Shown one piece after another: positions 1-12,692 of a stretch of 64,000 nucleotides of DNA. Made by a program: the position numbers and the translations under genes. A model generated the notes under the pieces. It saw only the letters and a program-made list of their open reading frames with translations. It ran no database searches and was not told the DNA's origin. Position 1 is the first letter of the stretch. Every line of letters begins with the position of its first letter. Source of the stretch: Octopus vulgaris (Eukaryota); contig OX597823.1 of assembly GCA_951406725.2 (NCBI GenBank), positions 10,602,001 through 10,666,000 of the forward strand, read 5' to 3'.

Positions 1-474
1 GGAGTTGATTAATATCCACTGGGCAGTGGTAAGAAAATGATTTGTGGTCAGGTCAACCAACTAAATTATCAGGGTCGTCTGTGATGAAACCAATATACAA
101 GGTTTATAGCCACAAGGTGACAAGGCAGAGGGCAGTAATAAGGAAGTGAGTGATGGGAAGGGAGAATAAGGAGAAACAAGAAAGGAAGCTGACCCGACCG
201 TTGCTAATTACCATAATATTAATAGAGGAAGTCTTTGAAGGATAATAGAATAAGGGTTATGAGGGCAAAGCTCTAAACTAGAAATGGAAATCATTATAGG
301 AGAATAAAAAGAACCTACTATGATTTAGCAGAGTTATAGTACTGCAGCAATAAGGTAAATTAGATATTAAATATTAAATATAGGTAAGTAATTAAAAGAT
401 GCTTAAAATTATAAGAAAAAAAGATGCATTAAATTATAAAAGTAATAAGAAAATTAAATTTTTAAAGTATAATA

Positions 475-893
475 GGCGCAGGAGTGGCTGTGTGGTAAGT
501 AGCTTGCTAACCAACCACATGGTTCCGGGTTCAGTCCCACTGCGTGGCATCTTGGGCAAGTGTCTTCTGCTATAGCCCCGGGCCGACCAATGCCTTGTGA
601 GTGGATTTGGTAGACGGAAACTGAAAGAAGCCTGTCATATATATGTATATATATATATATGTGTGTTTGTGTGTGTGTGTGTGTGTGTCTGTGTGTCTGT
701 GTTTGTCCCCCTAGCATTGCTTGACAACCGATGCTGGTGTGTTTACGTTCCCGTATCTAAGCGGTTCGGCAAAAAGAGACCGATAGAATAAGTACTGGGC
801 TTACAAAGAATAAGTCCCGGGGTCGATTTGATCGATTAAATGCGGTGCTCCAGCATGGCCGCAGTCAAATGACTGAAACGAGTAAAAGAAAGA
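475..893 (+). mobile_element. tRNA-derived SINE, family A (full length)
   Basis: Pol III A-box TGGCTGTGTGG and B-box GGTTCAGTCCC, then TTGGGCAAGTGTCTTC, an internal (TA)n(TG)n tract and a GAGTAAAA tail; more than 12 homologous copies in the window. Confidence 0.9.
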
Positions 894-1134
894 AATAATT
901 AAAAGATGCTTAAAATTATAAGAAAAAGAGATGTATTAAGATATAAAAGTAATAAGAAAATTAAAATTTTTAAATATATAAATAATATTAGGATGAAAAT
1001 GAAAATATATAATATTTATAAAATAGATACCAATAAACTAAAAGTAAAATGTTTTTTTTTTACATACGCATCCATTAAGGGAGAGTGGCGATGAGACATA
1101 AAATATTACGCATCAAATATAAGGTGTGTGTATA

Positions 1135-1448
1135 TATCACAGTGATCACCGTGACCGACCAGGCCATCAGATGTTGTAACACGTCGCTGATCACAATGCG
1201 CTTCGCATTGTTTTAGCCTTCAAGTGACGCCACCCCGCTGGCTAAGCGAGCAGGCCAACAGAAGAAAGAGTGAGAGAAAGTTGTGGTGAAAGAGTACAGC
1301 AGGGTTCGCCACCACCCCCTGTTGGAGCTCCGTGGAGCTTTGGGTGAATTCGCTCAATAAACATTCACAACGCCCGGTCTGGGAATCGAAACCGCGATCC
1401 TACGACCGCGAGTCCGCTGCCCTAACCACTAGGCCATTGCGCCTCCAC
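1135..1448 (-). mobile_element. tRNA-derived SINE, family B, tail type 2
   Basis: Minus strand GGCGCAATGGCCTAGTGGTTAGGGCAGCGGACTCGCGGTC...TTCGATTCCC tRNA-like head; tail ends GGTCACGGTGATCAC; homologous to 15703-16001 and 47485-47776. Confidence 0.9.
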
Positions 1449-1473
1449 GTGTGTGTATATATATCTATATGTA

Positions 1474-2228
1474 TATCAGACTCATCAACGACACCTCGCT
1501 CTCGCGCCATTTCCGCTCTACAGGTCATTTTTACAACACGTATCTGTATTCGGATTGTCCTTGCACAGGGGCCATCCGCACTTCCGTCTTCGCCGGGAAC
1601 ATTGATTAATCTTCTCTCTTTGCTCCTTTGTGCCATATGGGCTCAGCTCTCCTCCTTCTTCATCTAACCCTCCTCCTCTCTCCTCTCTTGCTCTGACACC
1701 TACTTCCTTTCTTCATTCCTACCCACGTTCTCCATTCCACCTTCTCCCTTCATCGTCACCCTACCTCGTTACTCCACCCTACACATTCCAACACCACCAT
1801 CCCTATACATTCCATCCCACCCCACCCCATCCCTTATATACCACTCCCACATACTTATTCCCCACCCCTACCGCCATCCTTACCCCAAACCACACCCAAC
1901 TCTTGCTTCCCCCACTCTCACCTCCCTCACATCCCAACACCACCACACCACAGCACACACCACCATACCACACCATAGCACACCACATCCCACCACCCTG
2001 CACACACTAGCACTGACCACCTCCCAGCACCCACCCCATCATCCACACACCAACAAATGCGCACATGTACACGTCAAGGTCACCAGCACCCATCCACACG
2101 CACATACACGCTCTCACATACACACGCATGCGCACCTTCATTTTACGATCACCACTACTTTATTATCTCCCCTTCTTTCTAGCACTCCTGTGTGACCCCA
2201 CTGTCCGGCATTCACCATGATAGCTCGC
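1474..2228 (+). mobile_element. Penelope-like element remnant (frameshifted GIY-YIG C-terminus + 3' region)
   Basis: 1474-1650 is homologous to 3370-3540 (SRHFRSTGH...EH/ELIFSL...PYGL); the C/CA-rich 3' region shares TATTATCTCCCCTT with 4246. Confidence 0.75.
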
Positions 2229-2508
2229 TTGGTAGACGGAAACTGAAAGAAGTCCGTCGTATATATGTATATGTTTATATATATATATTTGTGTGTTTGT
2301 GTGTCTGTGTTTGTCCCCCTTCACCAACATCGCTTGACAACCGATGCTGGTGTGTTTACGTGCCCGTAACTTAGCAGTTCGGCAAAAGAGACCGATAGAA
2401 GAAGTACTAGGCTTACAAAGTATAAGAGCTGGGGTCGATTTGCTCGACTAAAAGGTGGTGCTCCAGCATGGCCGCAAATGACTGAAACAAATAAAAGAGT
2501 AAAAGAGT
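2228..2508 (+). mobile_element. SINE family A, 5'-truncated
   Basis: Matches the 3' two-thirds of 475-893. Confidence 0.85.
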
Positions 2509-2708
2509 ATACACAACAACCCCAGCTGCTAAGCGTAAACAAGGAAACAACTTTTTCAGCTTCCCGCTCTTCAATATGGGAAAAATCTACATAATTCTAG
2601 ATCAAGAAGCGCCTATTGATCATGGACATAGTTTTTATACCTTCCACGGACTGCTTGAAGCTTTCTAATTTACTAAGTTCCTACACCTTGGTCCTTCAAT
2701 CTTAACTT

Positions 2709-2764
<56 letters not shown>

Positions 2765-2765
<1 letters not shown>

Positions 2766-2975
2766 TCTTTTTTTTTTACTCTTTTACTTGTTTCCGTCAT
2801 TTGACTGCGGCCATGCTGGAGCACCGCCTTTAGTTAGTCGAGCAAATCGACCCCGGGACTTGTTCTTTGTAAGCCCAGTACTTATTCTATCGGTCTCTTT
2901 TGCCGAACCGCTAAGTGATGGGGACGTAAACACACCAGCATCGGTTGTCAAGCAATGCTAGGGGGACAAACACAG

Positions 2976-3020
<45 letters not shown>

Positions 3021-3186
3021 TAAGACGGGCTTCTTTCAGTTTCCGTCTGCCAAATCCACTCACAAGGCATTGGTCGGCCCGGGGCTATAGCAGAAGACAC
3101 TTTCCCAAGATGCCACGCAGTGGGACTGAACCCGGAACCATGTGGTTGGTAAGCAAGCTACTTACCACACAGCCACTCCTGCGCCT
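2765..3186 (-). mobile_element. SINE family A
   Basis: Reverse complement of the family A consensus, head at 3186. Confidence 0.9.
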
Positions 3187-3204
3187 ATATATATATATAT
3201 ATAT

Positions 3205-3545
3205 ACCCTCCTCACTAGCACCCACCATCGACCCTATCCCATCATCCACTCCTTCACCTGCACCTCCAGCAATATTATCTATTGCGTCTCTTGCTCTCTC
3301 TGCCATTCCTTGTACATCGGACAAACGGGACGCCGCTTGGCTGACCGGTTCGCGGAACACCTTCGTGACATCCACCTTGCGAACGACACACCGGTCTCAC
3401 GCCATTTCCGCTCCACCGGTCACTCCTTGCAACACCTATCTGTGTTCGGTTTGTCCTTACACAGAGGCCATCAGGATTCCCGTTTGCGCCGTGAACAGGA
3501 ATTAATCTTCTCTCTTCGCTCTTATACGCCATTTGGTCTCAACTC
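3205..3545 (+). pseudogene. Penelope-like GIY-YIG endonuclease domain, 5'-truncated
   Basis: FTCTSSNIIYCVSCSLCHSLYIGQTGRRLADRFAEHLRDI...VSRHFRSTGH...RLRREQELIFSLRSYTPFGLN: IY/CxxC/YIG, R..EH, E..I and GLN motifs typical of PLE endonucleases. Confidence 0.92.
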
Positions 3546-3882
3546 TCCCCCCTCTCAACCCCCCCCCCCCTCTCCCCCCCTCCTCACCTATCCTTCCCCC
3601 CCCCCCCGACCCCTACTTCTTCAGTCCTTCATCCTTTGACCACTACTCCCCTTCCTTTCTTCCCTCTTTCTCCCTCCCTCCTTCCCTCTGCTCCCTCACT
3701 CCCCTTCTCTCTCCCCCTCTCCCTCTTTCCTCCTCCCCTTCCTTCTCCCCCTCTCCCCCTCTCCCCTCTCCCCTCTCCCCCTACACGCCCCTCCTCTCCT
3801 CTTCCCCCCTCTTCCCCCTCCCCCTCTTCTCCTCTCTCCACACTACACCACACGACTTTATACATCACATCATATGTGCCAT

Positions 3883-4217
3883 ACTAATACATACACCAAC
3901 TAATACATACTAATACGTACTAATACATACTAATACATACTAATACAAACACCAACCCTATACATACACACGTCCAGACCTCTCATACGCACTTATACTC
4001 TCTCATACACACACACACACTTATACATACTAATACGTACTAATACATACTAATACATACACCAACCCCATACATACGCACGTCCAGACCTATCATACGC
4101 ACTAATACTCTCTCATACACACACACACACACACACACCCTTATACATACTAATACATACTAATACATACACCAATCCTATACATACACACGTCCAGACC
4201 TCTCCTACGCACTAATA
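3883..4217 (+). repeat. ~110-bp tandem repeat (x3) built on ATACTAATAC submotifs
   Basis: CGTCCAGACC recurs at 3971, 4081 and 4191. Confidence 0.85.
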
Positions 4218-4386
4218 GCTGGTCATTCAACCCTATTATCAACCCTATTATCTCCCCTTATTTCGCTCTCGCGTCTCATGTTTGATCTTTGACCTCTGGC
4301 CGAAATCAGATCGCCATGTTGATTCGTTAGTTACTGCACGCATTTTTTTCTCTCCTTCTTTCTGTGTTTTTTTTTCTCTCTGTGTA

Positions 4387-4424
4387 TCTTTCTGTTGAAG
4401 AGCGTAGGCTCGAAACGTTAAAGA
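4387..4424 (+). ncRNA. minimal type-I hammerhead-like motif (non-canonical core)
   Basis: TCTTT-CTGTTGA-A-GAGC gtag GCTC-GAAA-CG-TT-AAAGA: stems I and II pair; position 6 is U and the cleavage triplet is GUU. Confidence 0.6.
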
Positions 4425-4539
4425 CTTGTTTTATTTATATTTCCTGAGCGCCATACTAATACAATTGTTTGTTTGTTTCCCACCTGCCTTCGTCTTTTGT
4501 CTATTTTCATAAAGCTTTCCGTTATATATATATATATAT

Positions 4540-4811
4540 ATTGTTGTATTTCGGAATGGTCATTTTGCCAGTTTAGCCAATAAAAACACACGCACTATAT
4601 ATTTGGTGTTATTTTGCTTCAGTGTTATTTATTTTTTACATTAATCTTAATCTTATTTCGGCCAGAGTTCTTTCGTCACACTCCTGTGACCGCATCAGTG
4701 GTCCTTTGTTTTCTTCTTTCTTATTTGTGTCTCTCCTTACTAACCGTCAGCCATTTTGTATTTCTATTTATTGGCTAAACTGGCAAATTGACCATTCCGA
4801 AATACAATAAT
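4540..4811. repeat. fold-back insert with ~45-bp inverted arms in (TA)n
   Basis: 4540-4584 is the reverse complement of 4767-4811; a second copy of the arm is at 37459-37522. Confidence 0.85.
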
Positions 4812-4943
4812 GTTTCAACACACGACTTCACATAAAAAAATCTTGCACAACAAATATATAAACGTGTATATATATATATACACGTTTATATATTTGTTGT
4901 TTATATATATATATATATATATATAATTTATATATATATATAT

Positions 4944-5004
<61 letters not shown>

Positions 5005-5433
5005 AGCAAAAAAAAATATAGAAAAATTCTTTGCTACCAGTGGTCTAACGAGAAGGAAAAATTAGTCAATAGACTATATATTATTCATAGAAAAATATAT
5101 TAGTGGTTTGGAGTTTAACTGCTCTTTCTAGTGAGTCAGATGTCCTATTATGGTCATCTCTTATGTGTTTAAATGCACACTATATTTTTTCTATGAATTA
5201 TATATATATATATATTCCGAATTAATGTAGATGTGTATAGAATAATGTATCAGTTGATATGGTATGGTTTTCATGTTTTTTATTATCGTATTTAATATTT
5301 TTTCCGTGTTTAAGTGGGTTAAACATTACTAAATACATATTCTTTTAATGCTTAACATACCTCAACATTGTAAAAAAAAATTTAAATACAATAATAAAAA
5401 ACGAGGAAACTAAACCATATAATTTAATTCAAT

Positions 5434-5488
<55 letters not shown>

Positions 5489-5609
5489 TAGATATAGATA
5501 TAGATATACATACATATATATATATAGATATATACACATATGTATACACACACACATACATACATATATATATATGATATAATATATACACATATGTATA
5601 CACACACAC

Positions 5610-5659
<50 letters not shown>

Positions 5660-5904
5660 GTATATCCTTTTGTATATATGAGAGAGAAAAACTTTAGATT
5701 CCTAAACCGCTTCCCCACAGACTCCCTTCGTTCCCAGCGCCCATATATAGTCCACTCACAGGGAGCGTTACTGGTCAGTTTAAGAAGCTTTGTCTTAACT
5801 GTATCGAGAAAGAGAGAGAGAGAGGGAGAGAGAGAGAGAGAGAGAGAATAATTATTGATGAATTTGAAAAGATTTTTTGTAAAGTCATTCTCTTATATAT
5901 ACAT

Positions 5905-6232
5905 ATCGTAGAGACGGACGAAATGCTGCTAAAAATTTGCTCGGCGTGCTAGTGGTTCTACCAGCTAACCACTCGTCATCTAGTACCTAGTTTATCGATC
6001 CCGAAGAGATGAAAGGCAAAGTCGACGTCGGTGACATTTGAACTCATAACGTAATGATGGACAAAATGCTGCTAAGTACTTTACCTGGCGTACTAACGAT
6101 TCTTATTTCTTTATTGCCCACAAGGGCCTAAACACATAGAGGGCAAACAAAGACACACAAAGGGATTAAGTCGATTACATCGATCCCAGTGCGTAACTGG
6201 TACTTATTTAATCGACCCCGAAAGGATGAAGG
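5905..6232 (-). mobile_element. degenerate SINE family C copies
   Basis: GATGAAAGGCAAAGTCGAC and GTACTTATTTAATCGACCCCGAAAGGATGAA core. Confidence 0.7.
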
Positions 6233-6239
6233 AAGGATG

Positions 6240-6473
6240 GAAGGAAGCAAGCAAGCAAGCAGGTAGGCAGGCAGGCAGGCAGGTAGGTAGGTAGGTAGGT
6301 AGGCAGGTAGGTAGGCAGGTAGGTAGGTAATACGTACGTAAGTACGTACGTATGTAGGTTGGTAGGTAGATAGGTAGGTTTATGTATGTAGGATGTACGT
6401 AGCTACGTGCGTAGGTTGGTAGGTAGGTAGGTAGGTAGGTAGGTATGTAGGTAGGTAGGTAGGTAGGTAGGTA
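6240..6473. repeat. (AGGT/AGGC/AAGC)n tetranucleotide microsatellite
   Basis: Directly visible. Confidence 0.9.
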
Positions 6474-6499
6474 TACATGTATGTGTACACTTGTGCCAT

Positions 6500-6710
6500 T
6501 TTATGTTACGGCTCTGCGACTTTTAAAATGGCTTACAAATTCTGGCAACATTTCTGCATGAAATTTTGCATTGAGCTTGTCAAATATGCTACCGAATATC
6601 GAATCAACCGGGTGGCTATTCTCAACATCATTGAGTGTTTTATTTCCTTTTTCCTACATCGGGGACAACGAATTCCTGTCTGACCATGTGGCTGGCTACG
6701 AGTACACATT
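6500..6710 (+). pseudogene. internally deleted mariner transposase remnant
   Basis: MAYKFWQHFCMKFCIELVKYATE resembles the mariner N-terminus (QR.CIKFC..LGK.ATE); DNEFLSDHVAGYE resembles FL..IITGDE. Confidence 0.5.
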
Positions 6711-7037
6711 ATTGAAAAACCCCCAGAAAAGCAAAATACATTCTGGCGCTCTCATTAGCTGCTGGGACAAAAATTCTCGTTTCTCTTTCGCTGATATTTA
6801 TTGTTTTTAACGCAGCGAGTTTATGAGATGTTATATCAGAATAATTACTGCAGTAACTGGCCTATAGACAGTGTATGTACACTAAGAATGATACGTAGAT
6901 TGCTATTTCAATTAAATACTACATCAGTAGCGTATACCAGATATATATATGTATGTGTGTGTGTGTGTGTGTGAGTGAGTGTGTGTGTCGAGCGTATTTG
7001 TGCCTGCTTGTGTGTATGTGTGTGCGTATGTATGTAT

Positions 7038-7071
<34 letters not shown>

Positions 7072-7072
7072 T

Positions 7073-7106
<34 letters not shown>

Positions 7107-7961
7107 TTATATGTATGTATGTATGTATAAATGTATGTATGTGTACATGGTGGTATTGTGTTTCTATGTCATAAATACGGGTATTTTTTCCTTTATGCAC
7201 AAAACTCCAGCCATTTTAATATTATGTTTTTATTCTGATGGAAACAGATACGAAATATTTTATTGATTTTGTTTTCATCTTTTTTCTGTCTCCGTTCTGT
7301 TTTATAACAATATACAATCAACAAGATAAGTTATTACATCAAATATTACAGATGGCTGCAACGTATTTCGAGTGGATGACGAGATGACTAATGACTATTA
7401 AGTTAGACATAGCCCGAGATATGTCTAACTTAATACCATCTCGCTTTTATGAAAAATTGTATTAATGAAAGAACTGTCTGTCACTCATCAACTCCAATGG
7501 ATAATAAATAAATGGGAAAAATGTAACGTGCCTCTACTCACAAGCGATGGCGGCATCCTAGTATGTTGCTTTCACAGATTCGTTTAGGTTCCTCATCGGA
7601 AAATGAATACTAGCCGAGTGTTGATGGTTGATGCGCCCCTCTCGACCTTTCAACATTACAGTAATAGAACATCTAGGATGCGGCAGCAGCCCAAGAAAAG
7701 GAGAGAGAGAGAGAGAGGGGGGGACATCAACACTCGGTGGTAACTTCATCAGCGAGAAATGAAGTGTAATGTTCAAATCGGAATCGAAATTTTGACCTTA
7801 TGACTATGAGCCCCACAACACTTTTAAACTCTTGGTCTCTCACTGTAACTTTTTATTTTGATTAGATCATCTTTTATTCAGAGTTACTGTATCTAGAGTC
7901 ATATCATCTCAAATTTTTTTAATCTTTTCAAATATATATTTATAAGAGACCAAAGTGTATA

Positions 7962-8300
7962 TGAAAAGAAATACAAAAAATGTCGTCCTTAGTCGAAAGA
8001 CACCTGTTGTTATGTCCTGTTATTTGTATTTGTGAAACATTTCTCCGTTTTTTCCCGTCCTTGCTTTCGTAAACATTCGCTGCTTTCTTCAAAGGAATCT
8101 AATGCTCTTAGATTAGTTTTTCCTTGGGATCGGCCAGATTGGAGCAATCTCGAATATAACCAGCCGAAATTGCAAAGATAATCTGGAACTCGACTGAGGA
8201 AAGAAAACTTCGAATGACCCGTCCATGCTTTTTCTTCTCCCTTTTTTGTATCATCTGTCTGGATGATTTATGTTCTTGTCCCATCTTTTGTATTCCTTTT
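7962..8300. mobile_element. fold-back (probably PLE-derived) insert with ~19-bp imperfect inverted ends
   Basis: AAAAGAAATACAAAAAATG / CATCTTTTGTATTCCTTTT, next to (CA)n(TA)n; homologous to 30628-30782. Confidence 0.55.
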
Positions 8301-8307
8301 CACACAC

Positions 8308-8429
<122 letters not shown>

Positions 8430-8637
8430 CGGCTCCAGCATGGCCGCATTCAAATGTCTGAAATAAATAAACGAATAAAAGGATTTTAAAAATACAGACG
8501 CAGAAAACACTGTATGGTTAAGAGACTTGCTTCGCATCCATGTCGTCTCAGGTTCAAACTCACTTTACGCTACCTCGGGCCAGTGTTTTTTACGCCGACC
8601 AATGCGTTGCGAGTAAATTTGATAGAAATGGTTTGAA

Positions 8638-8705
<68 letters not shown>

Positions 8706-8743
8706 AATCTTAGGGTAGCAAAAATAAATTTTAGAAAAATTCT

Positions 8744-9065
8744 CCGGGCCGACCAATGCCTTGTGAGTGGATTTGGTAGACGGAAACTGAAAGAAGCCTG
8801 TCGTATATATGTATATATATATGTGTGTGTGTGTATGTGTTTGTGTGTCTGTGTTTGTCCCCCTAGCATTGTTTGACAACCGATGCTGGTGTGTTTACGT
8901 CCCCGTCACTTAGCGGTTCGGCAAAAGAAATCGATAGAATAAGTACTGGACTTACAAAGAATAAGTCACGGGGTCGATTTGCTCGACTAAAAGGCGGTGC
9001 TCCACCATGGCCGCAGTCAAATGACTGAAACAAATAAAAGAGTAAAAGAGTAAAGAGTAAAAGAG
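8744..9065 (+). mobile_element. SINE family A, 5'-truncated
   Basis: Family A body and GAGTAAAA tail. Confidence 0.85.
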
Positions 9066-9483
9066 AATATATTTTTATTTATTTATTTTTCAATATATTA
9101 CTTTTGAAAACCGACGTATAATCGAGAACGACTTAAGGGAAAACGAGGTATGCCTGTCGTGTCCTTTAGTAGTGATGTCTTGAGTGCTAACAGATTTATT
9201 TAAGACTGTTTAACGAGATAAGCTCAAACAGCGGAGATACTTTTCATGACAGGGAGAGGGATATTAAAAGGATAGCTAAGTATTGCTGGCATCGTGTGTG
9301 TGCGAGCGTGTGTATGTATGTGTGTGTGTGTGTGTGGTTTCAGATGCTGATGAAGGGCGTGGATTCAGCTGAGCAGGGGATTTATTTTTTGTCTATTACA
9401 TGTCACTATCAAGTATATATAATCAGTACTGATTGTGGTGTGTATGGCTGAGGTGATTATACATCAAAAGCATTTTTAAAAAA

Positions 9484-9723
9484 GCGTACGAGTGACTGTG
9501 TGGTAAGTAGTTTGCTTACGAACCACATGGTTCCGGGTTCAGTTCCACTGCGTGGCACCTTGGGCGAGTGTCTTCTACTATAGCCTCGGGCCGCCCAAAG
9601 CCTTGTGAGTGGATTTGGTAGACGAAAACCGAAAGACGCCTGTCGTATATATATATATATATATATATACGACGGGCTTCTTTATATATAAATAATATAT
9701 AAATAAATAAATATAATAATATA

Positions 9724-9774
<51 letters not shown>

Positions 9775-9998
9775 CGTGTGTGTATATCTTTGTGTGTCTG
9801 TGTTTGTCCCCCAACATCGCTTGACAACTGATGCTGGTGTGTTTACGTCCCCGTAACTTAGCGGTTTGGCAGAAGAAACCGATAGAATAAGTACTAGGCT
9901 GACAAAGAATATGTCCTGGGGTCGATTTGTTCGACTAACGGCGGTGCTCCATCATGGCCACAGTCAAATGACTGAAACAAGTAAAAGAGTAAAAGAGA
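9484..9998 (+). mobile_element. SINE family A
   Basis: Head, internal microsatellite and tail all present. Confidence 0.85.
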
Positions 9999-10231
9999 TA
10001 GTATTCTATTGTTGTTGTGGTCGTTGTCGTTATTGCTGCTGTTGTTATTGTTGCTGATAGTGTTGCTTAGGATAATACCCATCGGGTTAACTTTAAATTA
10101 AAAGCAATCCGGCCGTGACTGTCTCACCCGCCTCGGGTCTATCTACGACTGTATTATCGAATGCGGGAAGAAATATCAAACATACCATGATACTGCATAG
10201 AGACACCTTGGTTGACTCGATTTGTGTATTC

Positions 10232-10545
10232 TGTTGTTTGTTGCTTGTTCCTTCTCGAGCCATGGCTGGCTCATAAGGGCCGGTTTCCCGGTTTCTTGGC
10301 GTATAGGTTCCCCACCTGGACGGGACGCCAGTCCGTCGCAGGTGAGCTGCAAGATGCAGGAGGAAAGAGTGAGAGAAAGTTGTGGCGAAAGAGTCAGCAG
10401 AAGTTTCGCCATTACTTTCTGCCGGAGCCGCGTCGAGCTTTAGGTGTTTTGCTCATAAACACACACATCGCCCGGTCTGAGATTCGAACTCGCGATCCCT
10501 CGACCGCGAGTCCGCTGCTCTAACCACTAGGCCATGTGCCTCCAC
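10232..10545 (-). mobile_element. SINE family B, tail type 3 (V-domain-like)
   Basis: tRNA-like head at 10545; tail CCTGCGACGGACTGGCGTCCCGTCCAGG; 11-bp TSD ATTTGTGTATT (10221, 10548); homologous to 54322-54598. Confidence 0.85.
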
Positions 10546-11430
10546 ACATTTGTGTATTTGGTTATTGTGAGAGGGATTTCTCGAAAAGAAACACTCGAAT
10601 TAAAGCAGTAATTTTGGGTGTTATTTTAACTGCCACTATTATTAACATACCAAAGGCATTATTAGGTATGCCTTTGGTATGTTCGACCAAGGTTACTCTG
10701 GAGTAAAAAGAAACAACAGTGAAAAAACAACTGTAACAAAACAACAGCAACAACTAAAACTACATTAGTATTGGGAATTTTAGGGCATCGCTTGCTCTTT
10801 ATTTTTAAACTATAAAGATGGTGAACATCTTATAAAGTTGATGACAAATCTTATTTGACTTCAAAGTTCCGTTCGAGAGGTGAGATTAAACAAATAAAAG
10901 CGGTGATTTATTCCTTCAAATATCAACAAGCTCACAAGTTGAATGTTGAGAAAACTTAACCTTTATTTCCGTAACATACTGTCTGGAACAAACAAAAATA
11001 TATTCCGTATTTAGTGACCAATGTTTATTTAAGCATTTTCCGTATTATCAATCCGGTTCTATAAACAGCATTAAACCACTTATTTCTATTTCCTGAGGTT
11101 TCGGGGCGAGGGAGAGAAAAAAAAATCTAACTTCTTTTATGACTAATGGCATTTATCGTTCAATTTACACTACAAACTGTTGGCATGTTTGATTTTATAT
11201 CTCTGCTTCTAAGATGGCTGCCAATTTGTGACGTCATTAAAATTGTCCGATTTTCCTCCCCTTTCCTCTTTCTCTCCTGTATGTTAGTAACTTACTCTCC
11301 TTCTGTATGTATATATATATATATATATATATATTTGTGTGTATATGTGTGTATGTGTGTGTATGTATGTATATATATGTGAATACATATGAATACATAT
11401 GTATGTATATATATATATTTATATATATAC

Positions 11431-11612
<182 letters not shown>

Positions 11613-12692
11613 TGTGTATAGAGAAAGGGAGAGTGCATGTGTGTGTGAGAGAAAGAGGGTGTGGTGAGATGGAAAGGAGAAAAGACTCAAAGAAAGACAA
11701 CGTGGATGGCGAAGGTTTGGGTCGGTGATTCATGGAAAAATGACGGCAAGGAATGTAGAACAAAAATTTTCCTATAAAATGTTACTCTTGGTGCAAGTCC
11801 TAGACACGCTGACATAGACATTATAAAGATTAACTATCATAAGGATGAGTCATGCTCAATATATGTAGCTTCAGAAACTGTTCTAGATTAACATTTATCC
11901 TCAGCAATCTTTTTAATGGATGTGATCCAGAACTCCCGGTCATCTGACTGGATCGATATTTATAACTACAGTGAGATCTTAATGTCAGAAATGTTTAAAC
12001 TTATGCTAATTTATTTACTGAATTACGTTTCAGCAAAACTATGTTTGATATCGACTTCAGTAGATGTCGTAATGCGAAAATAGCTGAAGGCCGAAATAAA
12101 GTTGATGACTCAGTTTCGATTCCTAACTAGAACCATCATTTCTCTATCTGTTTTTTTTTTTCTTTTTCTTTTGTGAGTTTCACCCCCTATAACACTTTTC
12201 AGAGCCTCTCTAACTGCTGAGCAGGAGGAGATGAGTTTTCCCTAGTTCTCAGTTCTGGTTTGAATAATTGTTATAGAATTTACTCCACTAAAGGCTTACA
12301 GAAACCAGCTGTTAAATAGCGGTGGGTAGAAATCATTACTCAAGGACAGTCACGCACTCACTGATGGCCTTCCGTAGAGTTTCGAATCTACAAACAATTT
12401 CACAAACAGGTTTTGGTCTATTAAATACTATTGAAGAAGATACTTACCATGGCACCGCGATCTAACATCAACGTTTAAACCATTTCGTTCTGAATAGAAC
12501 TGGTTAAGCAAACATCCATATGTTAAAAAACAAAAACGAATAAAATAGGTACAGTAGATGAGAAAAGTGATGGAAGTCGCAATTTCTAGCGACTAATTCA
12601 CTGATAATTGAATCCTTATGATCGGAAATAAATCGATACTTAGAGACACTGCGATGTACATACATACATGCATATTTTTCTGGCACTATTTT

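Larger units (their letters stand above)
3205..4523 (+). mobile_element. 5'-truncated Penelope-like retroelement inserted in (TA)n
   Basis: GIY-YIG domain, pyrimidine tract, 110-bp x3 repeat and hammerhead-like motif; (TA)n on both sides; the 3' part is homologous to 36110-36272 (-). Confidence 0.85.

Noticed and set aside
1-240. Possible GIY-YIG remnant (minus strand LYIGF)
   Set aside because: Only a short motif, with stops and frameshifts, cut by the window edge; not supportable
454-791. Recurrent 'MLGGQTQTH...DTCPRCHAVGLNPEPCGW' ORFs as a gene family
   Set aside because: Antisense translation of SINE family A
4655-4705. Hammerhead in the 4540 insert (minus strand CTGATGC...GTCACA-GGAG-TGTGAC-GAAA)
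   Set aside because: A9 is substituted and no convincing stem I/III or cleavage triplet was found; not called as a feature
8200-8225. Hammerhead-like CTGAGGA...CGAA (also 30698-30727, 37232-37290, 7560-7755, 54001-54045)
   Set aside because: Cores are incomplete or stems do not pair; at best decayed motifs
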